DNA of 32,000 nucleotides, from positions 684,235-716,234 of the forward strand of contig NZ_CP107008.1 of assembly GCF_025725685.1 (NCBI RefSeq), written 5' to 3'. The notes under the pieces are model-generated. The model was not told where the DNA came from. It ran no database searches and worked only from the letters and a program-made list of their open reading frames with translations. A program made the position numbers and the translations under genes. This document shows positions 1-11,145 of this stretch, one piece after another; position 1 is the first letter of the stretch; each line of letters starts with the position of its first letter. The stretch is from Halomonas sp. M4R1S46. Its GTDB lineage: Bacteria > Pseudomonadota > Gammaproteobacteria > Pseudomonadales > Halomonadaceae.

Positions 1-2
1 CC

Positions 3-461
3 ATGTCATTGCCGAGGCCGTCTCTCGCTCGCCTGTCGGCCGTTGCCGGGCCGAGGCCCGCCGGGTCGGGCCAGCCGCTGCTGGGCTGCCGGGTGCGGGC
101 CGGCTTTCCCAGTCCCGCCGATGACCACCTGGACGTGGAGCTCGACCTGCACGCCCATGTGGTGCGCCGCCCGGCGGCCACCTACTTCGTGCGCGCCGAG
201 GGCGACTCGATGCTCGGCGACGGCATCCACGACGGTGACCTGCTGGTGGTGGACCGCAGCCTGGAGCCCCTGCCGGGGCGGGTGGTGATCATCGCCGTGG
301 ATGGCGAGCCCACCGTCAAGCGGCTGACCCGTCACGCCGGGCGGACCTTCCTGGAGGCCAGCAACCCGCGCTTCGCGCCGATGCCGCTGGAGGGGCGCGA
401 GTGCCAGGTCTGGGGGGTGGTGACCCATGTGCTGCATGCCCTGCCCGGGGCGGCGCCGTGA
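3..461 (+). CDS. umuD: UmuD-like SOS mutagenesis autoprotease (S24 family); 5' end may be truncated by or mis-started at the window edge
   Basis: FVRAEGDSM(L) catalytic Ser motif, VKRL catalytic Lys region, Ala-Gly cleavage-like site [13 protein letters not shown]; overlaps umuC start. Confidence 0.9.
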   Translation: MSLPRPSLARLSAVAGPRPAGSGQPLLGCRVRAGFPSPADDHLDVELDLHAHVVRRPAATYFVRAEGDSMLGDGIHDGDLLVVDRSLEPLPGRVVIIAVDGEPTVKRLTRHAGRTFLEASNPRFAPMPLEGRECQVWGVVTHVLHALPGAAP

Positions 462-1732
462 TCGCCCTGGTCGACAGCAACGACTTCTACGTCAGCTGCG
501 AGCGGGTCTTCGACCCGCGCCTGGAAGGACGGCCGGTGGGCGTGCTCTCCAACAACGACGGCTGCGTGGTGGCCCGCTCGGCGGAGCTCAAGGCGCTGGG
601 CGTGGCCATGGGCGCGCCGATGCACCTGCTGCCGCCGGCGATCCGTCGCCGGGCCACGCTGCTCTCCAGCAACTATGCCCTCTATGGCGACATGAGCCGG
701 CGGGTCAACCGGGTGCTCGGCGAATTCTCCCCGGACGTGGAGCTGTACTCCATCGACGAGAGCTTCGTCGGCTTCACGGGTCTCGCGCCTGCGCGGCTCG
801 AGTCCCAGGGGCGGCGGCTGCGCGAGACCGTGGGACGGGACACGGGGATCCCGGTCTGCGTGGGGCTGGCGCCGACCCGGGTGCTGGCCAAGGCGGCCAA
901 CCGCGTCGCCAAGACGTCGCCCGCGCTGGGCGGGGTCTGCCGTCTCGACGCCGAGGCCGCGGCGACCCGCCGGGTGCTGGAGGGGCTGCCGGTGCATGCG
1001 CTGTGGGGCGTGGCCCGGCGCAGCGCCGAGCGCCTGGCGCTGATGGACATCCATACCGCCTGGCAGCTCCGCGAGGCCGATCCCAAGCGCATTCGTCGCG
1101 CCTTCTCGGTGGTGCTCGAACGCATCGTCTGGGAGCTGCGTGGCCGGCCGGCCATCCTGCCGGACGACTTGGCCGAGCCACGCCAGCGGATCATGGTCTC
1201 ACGCTCCTTCGGCCGCCTGACCGGCGACTGGCGGGATCTCCAGGAGGCGGTGCGCCAGCACGGCGCCCGGGCCGCCGAGAAGCTGCGCCATCAGGGCAGC
1301 CTGGCCCGGGCCGTGCTGGTGTTCCTGCGCAGTGACCCGCACCGGCTCGGTGACCGCCAGTACCACAACAGCGTGGTGGTGCCGCTGGCCGGGCCCAGCG
1401 ACGACAGCCGCGCGCTGCTCGAGGCCGCCGGCCGGGGGCTGGCGGCGATCTTCCTCGCGGACGTGCGTTACCAGAAGTGCGGCGTGATGCTGATGGACCT
1501 GGTGGACGCCGAGTGCCACCAGCTCTCCCTGCTGGCGTTCCGGGACGAGGCCGCCCGGGGGCGCGATCGGCGCCTGATGACGGCGGTGGATCGGCTCAAC
1601 CGCGAGATGGGCCGCGATACCGTGCGCTTCGGGCTGCCGCGCCAGGACACCGCCTGGGCGCTGCGCTGCGAGCGGCGCACTCCGCGCTATACCACCCGCT
1701 GGAACGAGCTGATGCGGGTCAAGGTGCGCTGA
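458..1732 (+). CDS. umuC: UmuC, DNA polymerase V catalytic subunit (Y-family); GTG start at 458 preferred over the track start at 401
   Basis: [41 protein letters not shown] motifs; 4-bp overlap with umuD. Confidence 0.95.
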   Translation: MIALVDSNDFYVSCERVFDPRLEGRPVGVLSNNDGCVVARSAELKALGVAMGAPMHLLPPAIRRRATLLSSNYALYGDMSRRVNRVLGEFSPDVELYSIDESFVGFTGLAPARLESQGRRLRETVGRDTGIPVCVGLAPTRVLAKAANRVAKTSPALGGVCRLDAEAAATRRVLEGLPVHALWGVARRSAERLALMDIHTAWQLREADPKRIRRAFSVVLERIVWELRGRPAILPDDLAEPRQRIMVSRSFGRLTGDWRDLQEAVRQHGARAAEKLRHQGSLARAVLVFLRSDPHRLGDRQYHNSVVVPLAGPSDDSRALLEAAGRGLAAIFLADVRYQKCGVMLMDLVDAECHQLSLLAFRDEAARGRDRRLMTAVDRLNREMGRDTVRFGLPRQDTAWALRCERRTPRYTTRWNELMRVKVR

Positions 1733-1809
1733 GGCGCGCCGGTCGAACGCGACAGGCGCGGGTGGACGGATGGGCGGGATCATGTCGCGATCGCCATGAG
1801 GGCACATGG

Positions 1810-1847
1810 AAAAACCGCCATCCGGGGCGAGCCGGATGGCGGTTTTT
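1810..1847. terminator. Bidirectional intrinsic terminator between umuC and tRNA-Thr
   Basis: AAAAACCGCCATCCGG - 6 nt - CCGGATGGCGGTTTTT perfect 16-bp inverted repeat with A/T tracts on both sides. Confidence 0.9.
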
Positions 1848-1856
1848 GCGGTGGTC

Positions 1857-1932
1857 TGGTGCCGGTGAGAGGAGTTGAACCCCCGACCTACGCATTACGA
1901 GTGCGTTGCTCTACCGACTGAGCTACACCGGC
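1857..1932 (-). tRNA. tRNA-Thr (anticodon CGT), CCA encoded
   Basis: Reverse complement GCCGGTGTAGCTCAGTCGGTAGAGCAACGCACTCGTAATGCGTAGGTCGGGGGTTCAACTCCTCTCACCGGCACCA; full cloverleaf, loop CTCGTAA. Confidence 0.97.
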
Positions 1933-2002
1933 GTGCCGTGCATCATACGATCACCACGCCGGCCTGCCAAGCGCGCCCGGGGCCTGGCCCCGGGCGCGGG
2001 GT

Positions 2003-3322
2003 TCAGAAGGCGTGGTCGCGTCCCGCGGCCTTGGCCCGCTCCCGGGAGCTGGGGTTCACCGAGGCGCGGAAGGGCATCTCGCAGACCACGGCATCGACCG
2101 GTTGCCCGGGGATGTCGAGGAACTCATCGGGCAGCCAGGCCACCAGTACGGTGCCGATCGCCGCCGCGGCCACCGGCACATAGGCCATGGCGATGTTGGT
2201 ACCGAGCTCCGGCGAGTACCAGGGCGAGGTGATCCAGCCGCAGGGGTCGCCATCGGCGTCGTGGCCGACCAGCCAGAAGTCCGGGGCATAGTCCTCGATG
2301 GGTCGGCCGCCGAGCTTGAGCCCCACCAGCTGGTGGGTGAAGGGCGGCTTGCCCTGGTTGACCAGCTCGCGGGTCCGCTCCAGGGCGTCGCGGCCGATGT
2401 AGTCGGCCTCCTTGGCCTTGGGCACCATATGGCCGAGGTAGCACTGGAAGGGGTTGATCTCGTGGTCCAGATCCTGGCCGTAGGAGAGGATGCCGGCGGC
2501 GATGCGGCGGTGGTGGGCCGGGGCGATCACCTTGAGGGCGTACTTCTCCCCCTTGTCGAGGATGGCGTTCCAGATGGTCTCGGCGTGCAGCGTGGAGTCG
2601 TAGGCGTAGACCTCGTAGCCCTTCTCGCCGGAGAAGCCGGTCTGGGAGATGAGCACGTCGACCCCTTCGATGGTGGCCGCCATCAGGCCGTAGTAGGGCA
2701 CCTCGCGCACCCCTTCGCCGACCAGGTCGGCGATCAGGTCCTCGGACTTGGGGCCCTGGACCTGCAGCGGCGAGACATCGATCTCGTCGATGGTGACGTC
2801 GTAGCGCAGGCCGTGGTTGATGCCCTTGAACCAGTAGGCCAGGTCCGAGTCGCTGATGGTGAACCAGAACTCGTCATCCGCGACGCGCAGCATCACCGGG
2901 TCGTTGAGCACATGGCCCTGCTCGTCGCAGAGCACCACATAGCGGCCCATCATCGTCGGCACCCGGGTCACGTCGCGGGTGCAGACGTAGTTGCAGAAGG
3001 CCTCGGCGCCGGGACCCTTGACGCGGATCGGCCGCTCGACGGCGACGTTCCACAGGGTCACGTCGTTGACCAGGGCGCGGTATTCCTCCATGGCGCCGCC
3101 GTCCTCGGGTCGCACATAGGCGCGCGGGTGGTACATGCGGTTGTAGACGGTGGCCTTCCAGCAGCCGGCCTCGACCGAGAGGTGCCAGTAGGGGGACTTG
3201 CGCACGCGGTTGGAGATCAGCATCTGGATGCCGGGGTCGCCGCTCTGGCGCAGGTTGACCGGTACCAGGCGGTCGCCCTGATCGATGGACTGCTGGAAGT
3301 TCACGTTGGCTTGCTTGGACAT
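2003..3322 (-). CDS. GcvT-family folate-dependent methyltransferase/demethylase, DmdA-like (439 aa)
   Basis: GcvT-fold signatures (LWNVAVERPIRVKGPGAEAFCNYVCTRDV, ISQTGFSGEKGYEVYA, LKLGGRP); C-terminal barrel; substrate not determinable by eye. Confidence 0.75.
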   Translation of the reverse strand: MSKQANVNFQQSIDQGDRLVPVNLRQSGDPGIQMLISNRVRKSPYWHLSVEAGCWKATVYNRMYHPRAYVRPEDGGAMEEYRALVNDVTLWNVAVERPIRVKGPGAEAFCNYVCTRDVTRVPTMMGRYVVLCDEQGHVLNDPVMLRVADDEFWFTISDSDLAYWFKGINHGLRYDVTIDEIDVSPLQVQGPKSEDLIADLVGEGVREVPYYGLMAATIEGVDVLISQTGFSGEKGYEVYAYDSTLHAETIWNAILDKGEKYALKVIAPAHHRRIAAGILSYGQDLDHEINPFQCYLGHMVPKAKEADYIGRDALERTRELVNQGKPPFTHQLVGLKLGGRPIEDYAPDFWLVGHDADGDPCGWITSPWYSPELGTNIAMAYVPVAAAAIGTVLVAWLPDEFLDIPGQPVDAVVCEMPFRASVNPSSRERAKAAGRDHAF

Positions 3323-3572
3323 GGCTCGGCACTCCTCGCCCGTTCATATGCCTGAGGGCGGAGTCGTGGGCGGCGAGTGAGCGGTCATGCCGAGACCGTC
3401 GCCGAGTCACCCACGACTCTGACCCGCGCGGGCGGACGCCCGGAGACGCCCGCGAGGCGACGACCGCGCCCTGGAGGTCGCCGCTACTCTCAAGGTAGGT
3501 AGGCCCTTAGGGGGCAGCGTTCCCGCGGCGACGCCGGGATTCCCCAGCACGACACGCGGCCGGCACCGGGCC

Positions 3573-4385
3573 TCAGCCGCGTAGCCGGGTCAGGCCCTCC
3601 TGGGCGCTGGAGGCGACGAGCCGGCCGTGCCGGTCGTAGATGCTGCCCCGGCTGAGGGCCCGGGCGCCGCCGGCCCAGGGGCTGTCCATGTCGTAGAGCA
3701 GCCAGTCGTTGACCTTGACGTCGTGGTGGAACCAAAGGGCGTGATCGAGGCTGGCGATCTGCAGCGAGGGGTCGCCGAAGCGGATGCCGTGGGGCACCAG
3801 GGCGGTGGTCAGCAGGTTGAAGTCGGAGCTGTAGGCGAGCAGGTAGCGGTGCAGCGCCGGATCGTCGGGCAGCTTGCCGGCCAGCCGGAACCACAGCCGC
3901 TTGCGCGCCGGCTGGCCGGCCTCGGCCGCGTCGTCCAGGGGCAGGAACTCGATGGGGTGGCCCGGGAAGCGGGTCACCCGGCCGGCCTCCGGGTCCACGT
4001 GCTCGGGGGGTGTCACCTCGGGCATCCGCGGCTGGTGGGCGAGGCTCGTCTCCTCGCCGTGGAAGGAGGCGCTGCAGAAGAAGATCGGTCGGCCCTTCTG
4101 GATGGCGGTGACCCGACGGGTGGTGAAGCTGGCGCCGTCGCGCACGGCATCGACCTGGTAGACCACCGGGCGGCTGGCGTCGCCGGGACGCAGGAAGTAG
4201 CCGTGCAGGGAGTGCACCCGCCGCGAGGCGTCCACGGTGTGGGTCGCGGCGGAGAGGGCCTGGCCCAGCACCTGGCCGCCGAACAGCTGGGGCAGGCCGA
4301 GGTCCTGGCTGCGACCACGGAACAGGTTCTCCTCCAGGGGTTCGAGACCGAGCAGGTCCACCAGGGCGTTCAGGGCGTCGGGCAT
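3573..4385 (-). CDS. tesB: Acyl-CoA thioesterase II (TesB)
   Basis: LFRGRSQDLGLPQLFGGQVLGQALSAA, VHSLHGYFLRPGD, LDHALWFH double hot-dog motifs; start at MPDALNAL preferred over the longer track start. Confidence 0.93.
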   Translation of the reverse strand: MPDALNALVDLLGLEPLEENLFRGRSQDLGLPQLFGGQVLGQALSAATHTVDASRRVHSLHGYFLRPGDASRPVVYQVDAVRDGASFTTRRVTAIQKGRPIFFCSASFHGEETSLAHQPRMPEVTPPEHVDPEAGRVTRFPGHPIEFLPLDDAAEAGQPARKRLWFRLAGKLPDDPALHRYLLAYSSDFNLLTTALVPHGIRFGDPSLQIASLDHALWFHHDVKVNDWLLYDMDSPWAGGARALSRGSIYDRHGRLVASSAQEGLTRLRG

Positions 4386-4410
4386 TCCGGGTATCCTCCA
4401 GGGGCCATGA

Positions 4411-4959
<549 letters not shown>

Positions 4960-4996
4960 TGGCGGCCGGTCATGCGGGAGGCGAGCCCCCGCCGGC

Positions 4997-6460
4997 TCAA
5001 CTGCTCGGGGGCACCAGATCGAAGAGGCCGCTCTCGGCCGCTTCGGGGAGCCGGGCATTGAGCTGGTGGAACTGCTGCTGGCTGCGGTCCACGTAGGCGA
5101 GGATCTCGTAATAGCGGCGGATGTTGCGGACATAGATGACCGGTTCGCCGCCCCGCGCATAGCCGTGGCGCGTCTTGCTGAACCATTCGCGCTCCTGAAG
5201 CAGCGGCAGGGCGTCGCGCACGTCCGCCCAGGCGTCGGGATCGCCGCCGCGCCGCTCGGCGAGGCGGCGGGCATCGTAGAGGTGGCCGAGGCCGACGTTG
5301 TAGGCGGCCAGCGCCATGAACAGCCGGTCCTCGCCGGTGATCGACTCGGGCAGGCGGTCCTTCAGTTCGCGAAGGTAGCGCGCCCCGCCGTCGATGCTCT
5401 GGGCCGGGTCGAGCCGGTCGTCGACGTCCATCTCCGCGGCGGTGGCGTTGGTCAGCATCATCAGGCCGCGCACGCCGGTCGGTGAGGTGGCGCGGGGGCG
5501 CCAGTGGGATTCCTGGTAGCCCACCGCGGCGAGCAGCTTCCAGTCGAAGCCGGAGCCCCGCGCCGCCTCGCGGAACAGCTCGGTGTAGTCCGGCAGGCGG
5601 GCGTGGACATGGCCGATGAAGGTGCGGGCGCCGACGTACTCCAGGTAGTTGTCGCGGCCGAAGTAGCGGGTCTCGAGGCGCTCGAGCAGGCCGCTGCCCT
5701 GGAGCTGGTCGAGGAAGCGGTTGGCCTCGCGGACCAGCCCGAGCCCCTGCCCGGCGGGAAAGGCCCAGGCCAGGGAGAGCGGCTTGCCGAGCCGGAAGCC
5801 GTCCTCCACCTCGGGAAAGAACAGGCGGTTGAGGCGGAACTGGTGCTCGAAGACCACGGCGGCGTCCAGGCGGCCGTTGGCCACCTGGCCCAGCAGTGCC
5901 GCCACTTCCATGTCGTCGGACTCCTTCCAGCTCAGCTGCGGGTATTCGGCCTGCAGCTCACGCATCACCCGGTCGGTCCCGGTGTCGCTGAGGGTGCCGA
6001 TCTCCAGTCCCGCCAGGTCGTCGATGCCCTGCGGCGGCGGCAGCCCGCGGCGATAGACCAGCAGCGGCTGCAGCGGCATGATCGGCCGGCTGAACAGCAG
6101 ACCCGGTTGGGTCGGGTCCAGGGGCAGGGCGGCGGCACCCAGATCCCCCTCCTCGCGGACCGCCTCCAGGACGCCGGCGATGTTGTGGTCGGCGTCGAGG
6201 GTCAGGCTGACGCCCAGGTGGTCGGCGAAGCGGCGCATCAGCTCGTACTCGAAGCCGGTGGGGCCCTCGCGCCCCTCGTAGTAGGTGGTGGGGGTGTTGC
6301 GGGTCTGGATGCTGAGGAAGTCCCGCTCGCGCACGGCCTCCAGGTGCGGCCCCGGCGAGCGGTCCGGCGGGTCGGAAACCAGGCCGAGCAGCAGCAGGGC
6401 GCACAGGGTCAGGTAGCCTCGCCGGTGGCGGCGGAGGTGGGCGAACAGGGGTGCGGGCAT
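4997..6460 (-). CDS. mltF: Membrane-bound lytic murein transglycosylase F
   Basis: N-terminal solute-binding (SBP_bac_3) region plus SLT domain ([34 protein letters not shown]). Confidence 0.93.
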   Translation of the reverse strand: MPAPLFAHLRRHRRGYLTLCALLLLGLVSDPPDRSPGPHLEAVRERDFLSIQTRNTPTTYYEGREGPTGFEYELMRRFADHLGVSLTLDADHNIAGVLEAVREEGDLGAAALPLDPTQPGLLFSRPIMPLQPLLVYRRGLPPPQGIDDLAGLEIGTLSDTGTDRVMRELQAEYPQLSWKESDDMEVAALLGQVANGRLDAAVVFEHQFRLNRLFFPEVEDGFRLGKPLSLAWAFPAGQGLGLVREANRFLDQLQGSGLLERLETRYFGRDNYLEYVGARTFIGHVHARLPDYTELFREAARGSGFDWKLLAAVGYQESHWRPRATSPTGVRGLMMLTNATAAEMDVDDRLDPAQSIDGGARYLRELKDRLPESITGEDRLFMALAAYNVGLGHLYDARRLAERRGGDPDAWADVRDALPLLQEREWFSKTRHGYARGGEPVIYVRNIRRYYEILAYVDRSQQQFHQLNARLPEAAESGLFDLVPPSS

Positions 6461-6617
6461 GGGCGCGATGGGCAGCGACGGAAGGCTCCACCTTACCCAG
6501 CCGCCGGTCGGCTGTCATCCATGCCGATTTCTCGCGACCGGTGCTTTCCAGTATCATGTGCGCTCGTTGCCGCCGGCCGCGGCCCCGTCATTCCGCTTGT
6601 TTCAGAGGCCCCAGGAT

Positions 6618-9600
6618 ATGCTCGAACTGCGTGGTGCGCCCGCCTTATCCGCTTTCCGTCATGCCAAGCTGCTGGCCGCCCTGCGTGCCGCCGTTCCCGA
6701 GGTCGAGGCACTCACCGCCGACTATCTGCACTTCGTCGATCATGAGGGCGACCTGGCCGGCGAGGACCGGCGCCTGCTCGAGCGGCTGCTGGACTATGGC
6801 CCGAGCCGGGACGAGGACGCCGCTGCCGGCGAGGGCCGGCTGTTCCTGGTGGTACCGCGCATCGGCACCCAGTCGCCCTGGTCCTCCAAGGCCACCGATA
6901 TCGCGCACAACTGCGGCCTGACACGGATCCAGCGCCTGGAGCGGGGCATCGCCTACCGGGTGAGCTTCGCCGGCACCCTCTCCGAGGAGGCCTTCGAGAC
7001 CGTCACCGCGCTGCTCCACGACCGCATGACCGAGACGGTGCTGTTCGACGCCTCGGATGCCGCCCGGCTGTTCGCCCATCATGAGCCGGCGCCGCTCGGC
7101 CAGGTGGATATCCTCGCCGGCGGTCGCGCCGCCCTGGCGACCGCCAACGTCGAGCTGGGCCTGGCGCTTGCCGAGGATGAGATCGACTACCTGTGCGAGG
7201 CCTTCCAGGGGCTCGAGCGCAATCCCTCGGATGTCGAGCTGATGATGTTCGCCCAGGCCAACTCCGAGCACTGCCGCCACAAGATCTTCAACGCCGACTG
7301 GGTGGTGGACGGCGAGGCCCAGCCGCGCTCGCTGTTCAAGATGATCAAGAACACCTATGAGGCCTCGCCGGACGACATCCTCTCCGCCTACAGCGACAAC
7401 GCTGCGGTGATCCGCGGCAGCCAGGCCGGGCGCTTCTTCGCCGCGCCGCTGACCGGTGCCGCCGCCGAGCGTGCCGTCTACGCCGCCCATCAGGAGCCGG
7501 TGAACATCCTGATGAAGGTGGAGACCCACAACCACCCCACGGCCATCGCCCCGCATCCGGGGGCGGCCACCGGGGCCGGCGGCGAGATCCGCGACGAGGG
7601 CGCCACCGGCATCGGCGGCAAGCCCAAGGCGGGCCTGACCGGCTTCACCGTCTCCAACCTGCGCATCCCCGAATTCGTCCAGCCCTGGGAAGCCTTCGAC
7701 TACGGCAAGCCCGAGCGCATCGTCAGCGCCCTGGACATCATGCTGGAGGGGCCCATCGGCGGCGCCGCCTTCAACAACGAGTTCGGTCGTCCCAACCTGG
7801 CCGGTTACTTCCGCAGCTACGAGCAGGAGGCCCTGGGCGGTGAGGGCATCGAGCGTCGCGGCTACCACAAGCCGATCATGCTGGCCGGCGGCTACGGCAA
7901 CATCCGCGAGGAGCACGTCGAGAAGGGCGAGATTCCCGTCGGCGGCAAGCTGATCGTGATGGGCGGCCCGGCCATGCTGATCGGCCTGGGCGGCGGGGCG
8001 GCCTCCTCCATGGCCTCCGGCACGTCCAGCGCCGACCTCGACTTCGCCTCGGTGCAGCGCGACAACCCCGAGATCGAGCGCCGTGTCCAGGAGGTCATCG
8101 ACCGCTGCTGGGCACTGGGCGGCGACAACCCGATCCGCTTCATCCACGACGTGGGTGCCGGCGGCCTCTCCAACGCCCTGCCGGAGCTGGTCAAGGACGG
8201 CGGGCGGGGCGGTCGCTTCGAGCTGCGCGAGGTGCCCAACGCCGAGCCGGGCATGAGCCCGCTGGAGATCTGGTGCAACGAGGCCCAGGAGCGCTACGTG
8301 CTGGCCGTGGCCCCGGAGGACCTGGCGACGTTCGATGCCTTCTGCCGGCGCGAGCGCTGCCCCTACGCGGTGGTCGGCGAGGCCATCGAGGCTCACCATC
8401 TGGAGGTCCGCGACGGCCACTTCTCGACCAAGCCGGTGGACCTGCCGATGAGCGTGCTGTTCGGCAAGCCGCCGAAGATGCAGCGCGAGTTCACCCGCGA
8501 GCGCCGCGAGATGCCCGGCGTGATGCTCGACAACCTGGACCTGCGCGAGGCCATGGACCGGGTGCTGCGCCTGCCCACCGTGGCCTCCAAGAACTTCCTG
8601 ATCACCATCGGCGACCGCTCCATCACCGGCCAGGTGGCTCGCGACCAGATGGTCGGCCCCTGGCAGGTGCCGGTGGCCGACGTGGCCGTGACCACGGCGA
8701 CCTTCGATACTCATGCCGGCGAGGCCATGGCCATGGGCGAGCGCCCGCCGGTGGCGCTGATCGATCCGGCGGCCAGCGCCAGGCTGGCGGTGGCCGAGAC
8801 CATCACCAACCTGGCCGCCGCGCCGATCGCCAGGCTCGGCGACATCAAGCTCTCCGCCAACTGGATGAGCGCGGCCAGCCATCCCGGCGAGAACCAGGCG
8901 CTGTATGACGCCGTGCATGCCGTGGGCATGGAGCTGTGCCCGGCACTGGGCATCGCGGTGCCGGTGGGGAAGGACTCCATGTCCATGCGCACCGCCTGGG
9001 AGGAAGAGAACGACAGGGGGGAGCGCGAGGAGAAGAGCGTCACCGCGCCGCTATCGCTGGTGACCACCGGCTTCGCCCCGGTCACCGATGCCATGCGCAC
9101 CCTGACCCCGCAGATCAACCTGGAGCAGGACGAGTCCGACCTGATCCTGATCGACCTGGGCGGCGGCCGCAATCGCCTCGGCGGCTCGGCGCTGGCCCAG
9201 GTGTATGGCCAGGTGGGCGACGCCTGCCCGGACCTGGATGACCCGGAGGACCTCAAGGCCTTCTTCTCGGTGATCCAGGGCCTCAATGCCGACGGCAAGC
9301 TGCTGGCCTACCACGACCGCAGCGACGGCGGTCTGCTGGTCACCCTGCTGGAGATGGCCTTCGCCGCCCATGCCGGCCTCGAGGTCAAGCTCGACTGGCT
9401 GATCGACGAGCCCATCGAGGCCTTCAACGCCCTGTTCGCCGAGGAATTGGGGGCGGTCATCCAGGTCTCGCGGCAGTACACCGAGGAGGTGCTGGCGCAG
9501 TTCGCCGCGGCGGGCCTCGAGACCTGCGGCGTGATCGCCCGGCCGCGCTACGACGACCAGGTGCGGGTGACCCTGTTCGAGGAGCCGCTGCTCGAGACCA

Positions 9601-10556
9601 CCCGCCTGCTGGCCCAGCGCACCTGGACGGAGACCAGCTACCGCATGCAGGCGCTGCGCGACAACGCCGACTGCGCCAAGAGCGAGTTCGACGGCCTGCT
9701 CGACGGCCGCGACCCCGGCCTCTCGGCGGTACCGACCTTCGACGTCGACGAGGACATCGCCGCGCCCTTCATCAACACCGCCAAGCCGGCGGTGGCGGTG
9801 CTGCGCGAGCAGGGCGTCAACGGCCACCTGGAGATGGCCTGGGCCTTCGACCATGCCGGCTTCGAGGCGGTGGACGTGCACATGAGCGACATCCTCGAGG
9901 GGCGGGTGTCCCTGGAGGACTTCCAGGGCCTGGTGGCCTGCGGCGGCTTCTCCTACGGCGACGTCCTGGGCGCCGGCGGTGGCTGGGCCAAGTCGGTGCT
10001 GTTCAATGCGCGTGCCCGGGAGCAGTTCGCCGGCTTCTTCACCCGCGACGACAGCTTCTCCCTGGGGGTCTGCAACGGCTGCCAGATGCTCGCCCAGCTC
10101 AAGGAGCTGATCCCCGGTGCCGAGGACTGGCCGCGCTTCGTGCGCAACGAGTCGGAGCAGTTCGAGGCCCGGGTGGCTATGGTACGGGTGGAGGAGAGCC
10201 CGTCGATCCTGCTCGCCGGCATGGAGGGCTCGCGGCTGCCGATCGCCGTGGCCCATGGGGAGGGACGCGCCGAGTTCCGCGACAGCGCCCACCTGCGCGG
10301 CATGCAGGGCTCAAGCCAGGTGGCGCTGCGTTACGTGGACAACTATGGCCAGGTCACCACCCGCTATCCGGCCAATCCCAACGGCTCGCCGTCGGGAATC
10401 ACCGGCCTGACCACCCCGGACGGCCGGGTGACCATCATGATGCCGCACCCGGAGCGCGTGGTGCGGGCGGTGACCAACTCCTGGCGGCCTGCCGACTGGA
10501 CCCGCGACGGGGCCTGGATGCGTCTGTTCCGCAACGCCCGGCGCTGGCTGGGCTGA
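6618..10556 (+). CDS. purL: Phosphoribosylformylglycinamidine synthase (PurL); start at 6618 ([14 protein letters not shown]) preferred over the track start
   Basis: Long FGAM synthase ORF; [13 protein letters not shown]-like [32 protein letters not shown]-terminal glutaminase GVCNGCQML. Confidence 0.97.
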   Translation: MLELRGAPALSAFRHAKLLAALRAAVPEVEALTADYLHFVDHEGDLAGEDRRLLERLLDYGPSRDEDAAAGEGRLFLVVPRIGTQSPWSSKATDIAHNCGLTRIQRLERGIAYRVSFAGTLSEEAFETVTALLHDRMTETVLFDASDAARLFAHHEPAPLGQVDILAGGRAALATANVELGLALAEDEIDYLCEAFQGLERNPSDVELMMFAQANSEHCRHKIFNADWVVDGEAQPRSLFKMIKNTYEASPDDILSAYSDNAAVIRGSQAGRFFAAPLTGAAAERAVYAAHQEPVNILMKVETHNHPTAIAPHPGAATGAGGEIRDEGATGIGGKPKAGLTGFTVSNLRIPEFVQPWEAFDYGKPERIVSALDIMLEGPIGGAAFNNEFGRPNLAGYFRSYEQEALGGEGIERRGYHKPIMLAGGYGNIREEHVEKGEIPVGGKLIVMGGPAMLIGLGGGAASSMASGTSSADLDFASVQRDNPEIERRVQEVIDRCWALGGDNPIRFIHDVGAGGLSNALPELVKDGGRGGRFELREVPNAEPGMSPLEIWCNEAQERYVLAVAPEDLATFDAFCRRERCPYAVVGEAIEAHHLEVRDGHFSTKPVDLPMSVLFGKPPKMQREFTRERREMPGVMLDNLDLREAMDRVLRLPTVASKNFLITIGDRSITGQVARDQMVGPWQVPVADVAVTTATFDTHAGEAMAMGERPPVALIDPAASARLAVAETITNLAAAPIARLGDIKLSANWMSAASHPGENQALYDAVHAVGMELCPALGIAVPVGKDSMSMRTAWEEENDRGEREEKSVTAPLSLVTTGFAPVTDAMRTLTPQINLEQDESDLILIDLGGGRNRLGGSALAQVYGQVGDACPDLDDPEDLKAFFSVIQGLNADGKLLAYHDRSDGGLLVTLLEMAFAAHAGLEVKLDWLIDEPIEAFNALFAEELGAVIQVSRQYTEEVLAQFAAAGLETCGVIARPRYDDQVRVTLFEEPLLETTRLLAQRTWTETSYRMQALRDNADCAKSEFDGLLDGRDPGLSAVPTFDVDEDIAAPFINTAKPAVAVLREQGVNGHLEMAWAFDHAGFEAVDVHMSDILEGRVSLEDFQGLVACGGFSYGDVLGAGGGWAKSVLFNARAREQFAGFFTRDDSFSLGVCNGCQMLAQLKELIPGAEDWPRFVRNESEQFEARVAMVRVEESPSILLAGMEGSRLPIAVAHGEGRAEFRDSAHLRGMQGSSQVALRYVDNYGQVTTRYPANPNGSPSGITGLTTPDGRVTIMMPHPERVVRAVTNSWRPADWTRDGAWMRLFRNARRWLG

Positions 10557-10569
10557 TTCTCCGCGCCTG

Positions 10570-10615
10570 CCGACACGCCGACGCCCGGGCCATGGCCCGG
10601 GCGTCGGCGTGTCGG
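10570..10615. terminator. Large GC-rich perfect palindrome between purL and a convergent small gene; probable bidirectional terminator
   Basis: CCGACACGCCGACGCCCGGGCCA/TGGCCCGGGCGTCGGCGTGTCGG, 46 bp perfect inverted repeat, no spacer, weak T-tract. Confidence 0.6.
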
Positions 10616-10618
10616 GGG

Positions 10619-10834
10619 TCAGGTGGCGCCGTTCTCCGAGGGGTTGTCGACCGCCTTCAGTTGGGCCTCCAGATCGTCGAGGAGGTGGCGGAACTGGGCC
10701 TGGAAGTAGTCGTGACGACCGAAGTCGTGACCGCAGCCATCGCAATAGACGTGATACTGATCATGGCGCCCCGGCGGGAACCGCTTCACTCGGCTGCCGC
10801 ACTTGGGGCATTCGGGGCGGGTCTTCGCTTTCAT
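10619..10834 (-). CDS. Small zinc-ribbon hypothetical protein (71 aa)
   Basis: CPKCGS...CDGCGHDF CxxC-CxxC pattern; convergent with purL. Confidence 0.65.
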   Translation of the reverse strand: MKAKTRPECPKCGSRVKRFPPGRHDQYHVYCDGCGHDFGRHDYFQAQFRHLLDDLEAQLKAVDNPSENGAT

Positions 10835-11145
10835 ATGCGCCTCTCCTGTCTCGACGATGGGCGATCCAGTCGCCCGGACATACTCCTAGGTATCATGGCT
10901 GGCCGCGCTTTGGTCAAGTGACGGCCGTTGAATGCCAGTTTCTGGAAAACCCTTCCATCAAGGCTTGCGCTGTCCCGGTGTGCGGTCTATGAGAGCGTCT
11001 CGGGCGTCGGCATGGGGTCCGGAAGCCCGTGACGGCGTGTGAGACGGATGCATGAAGGGCTGAGCCTGCTGGACCAGGCGGCAGCGCCCCTGACGCGGCC
11101 GGCCGCGGCCGGTAAGATGGCGCCACCGTCGCTGAGAGGCCCGTC

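Noticed and set aside
2012-3355. 447-aa plus-strand ORF opposite the GcvT/DmdA-like gene, and 5504..6745 + opposite mltF
   Set aside because: Shadow ORFs of well-supported genes with no recognisable motifs.
6645-10292. Long minus-strand ORFs (757 aa, 413 aa) antisense to purL
   Set aside because: Mirror frames of a strongly conserved purL; composition typical of spurious ORFs.
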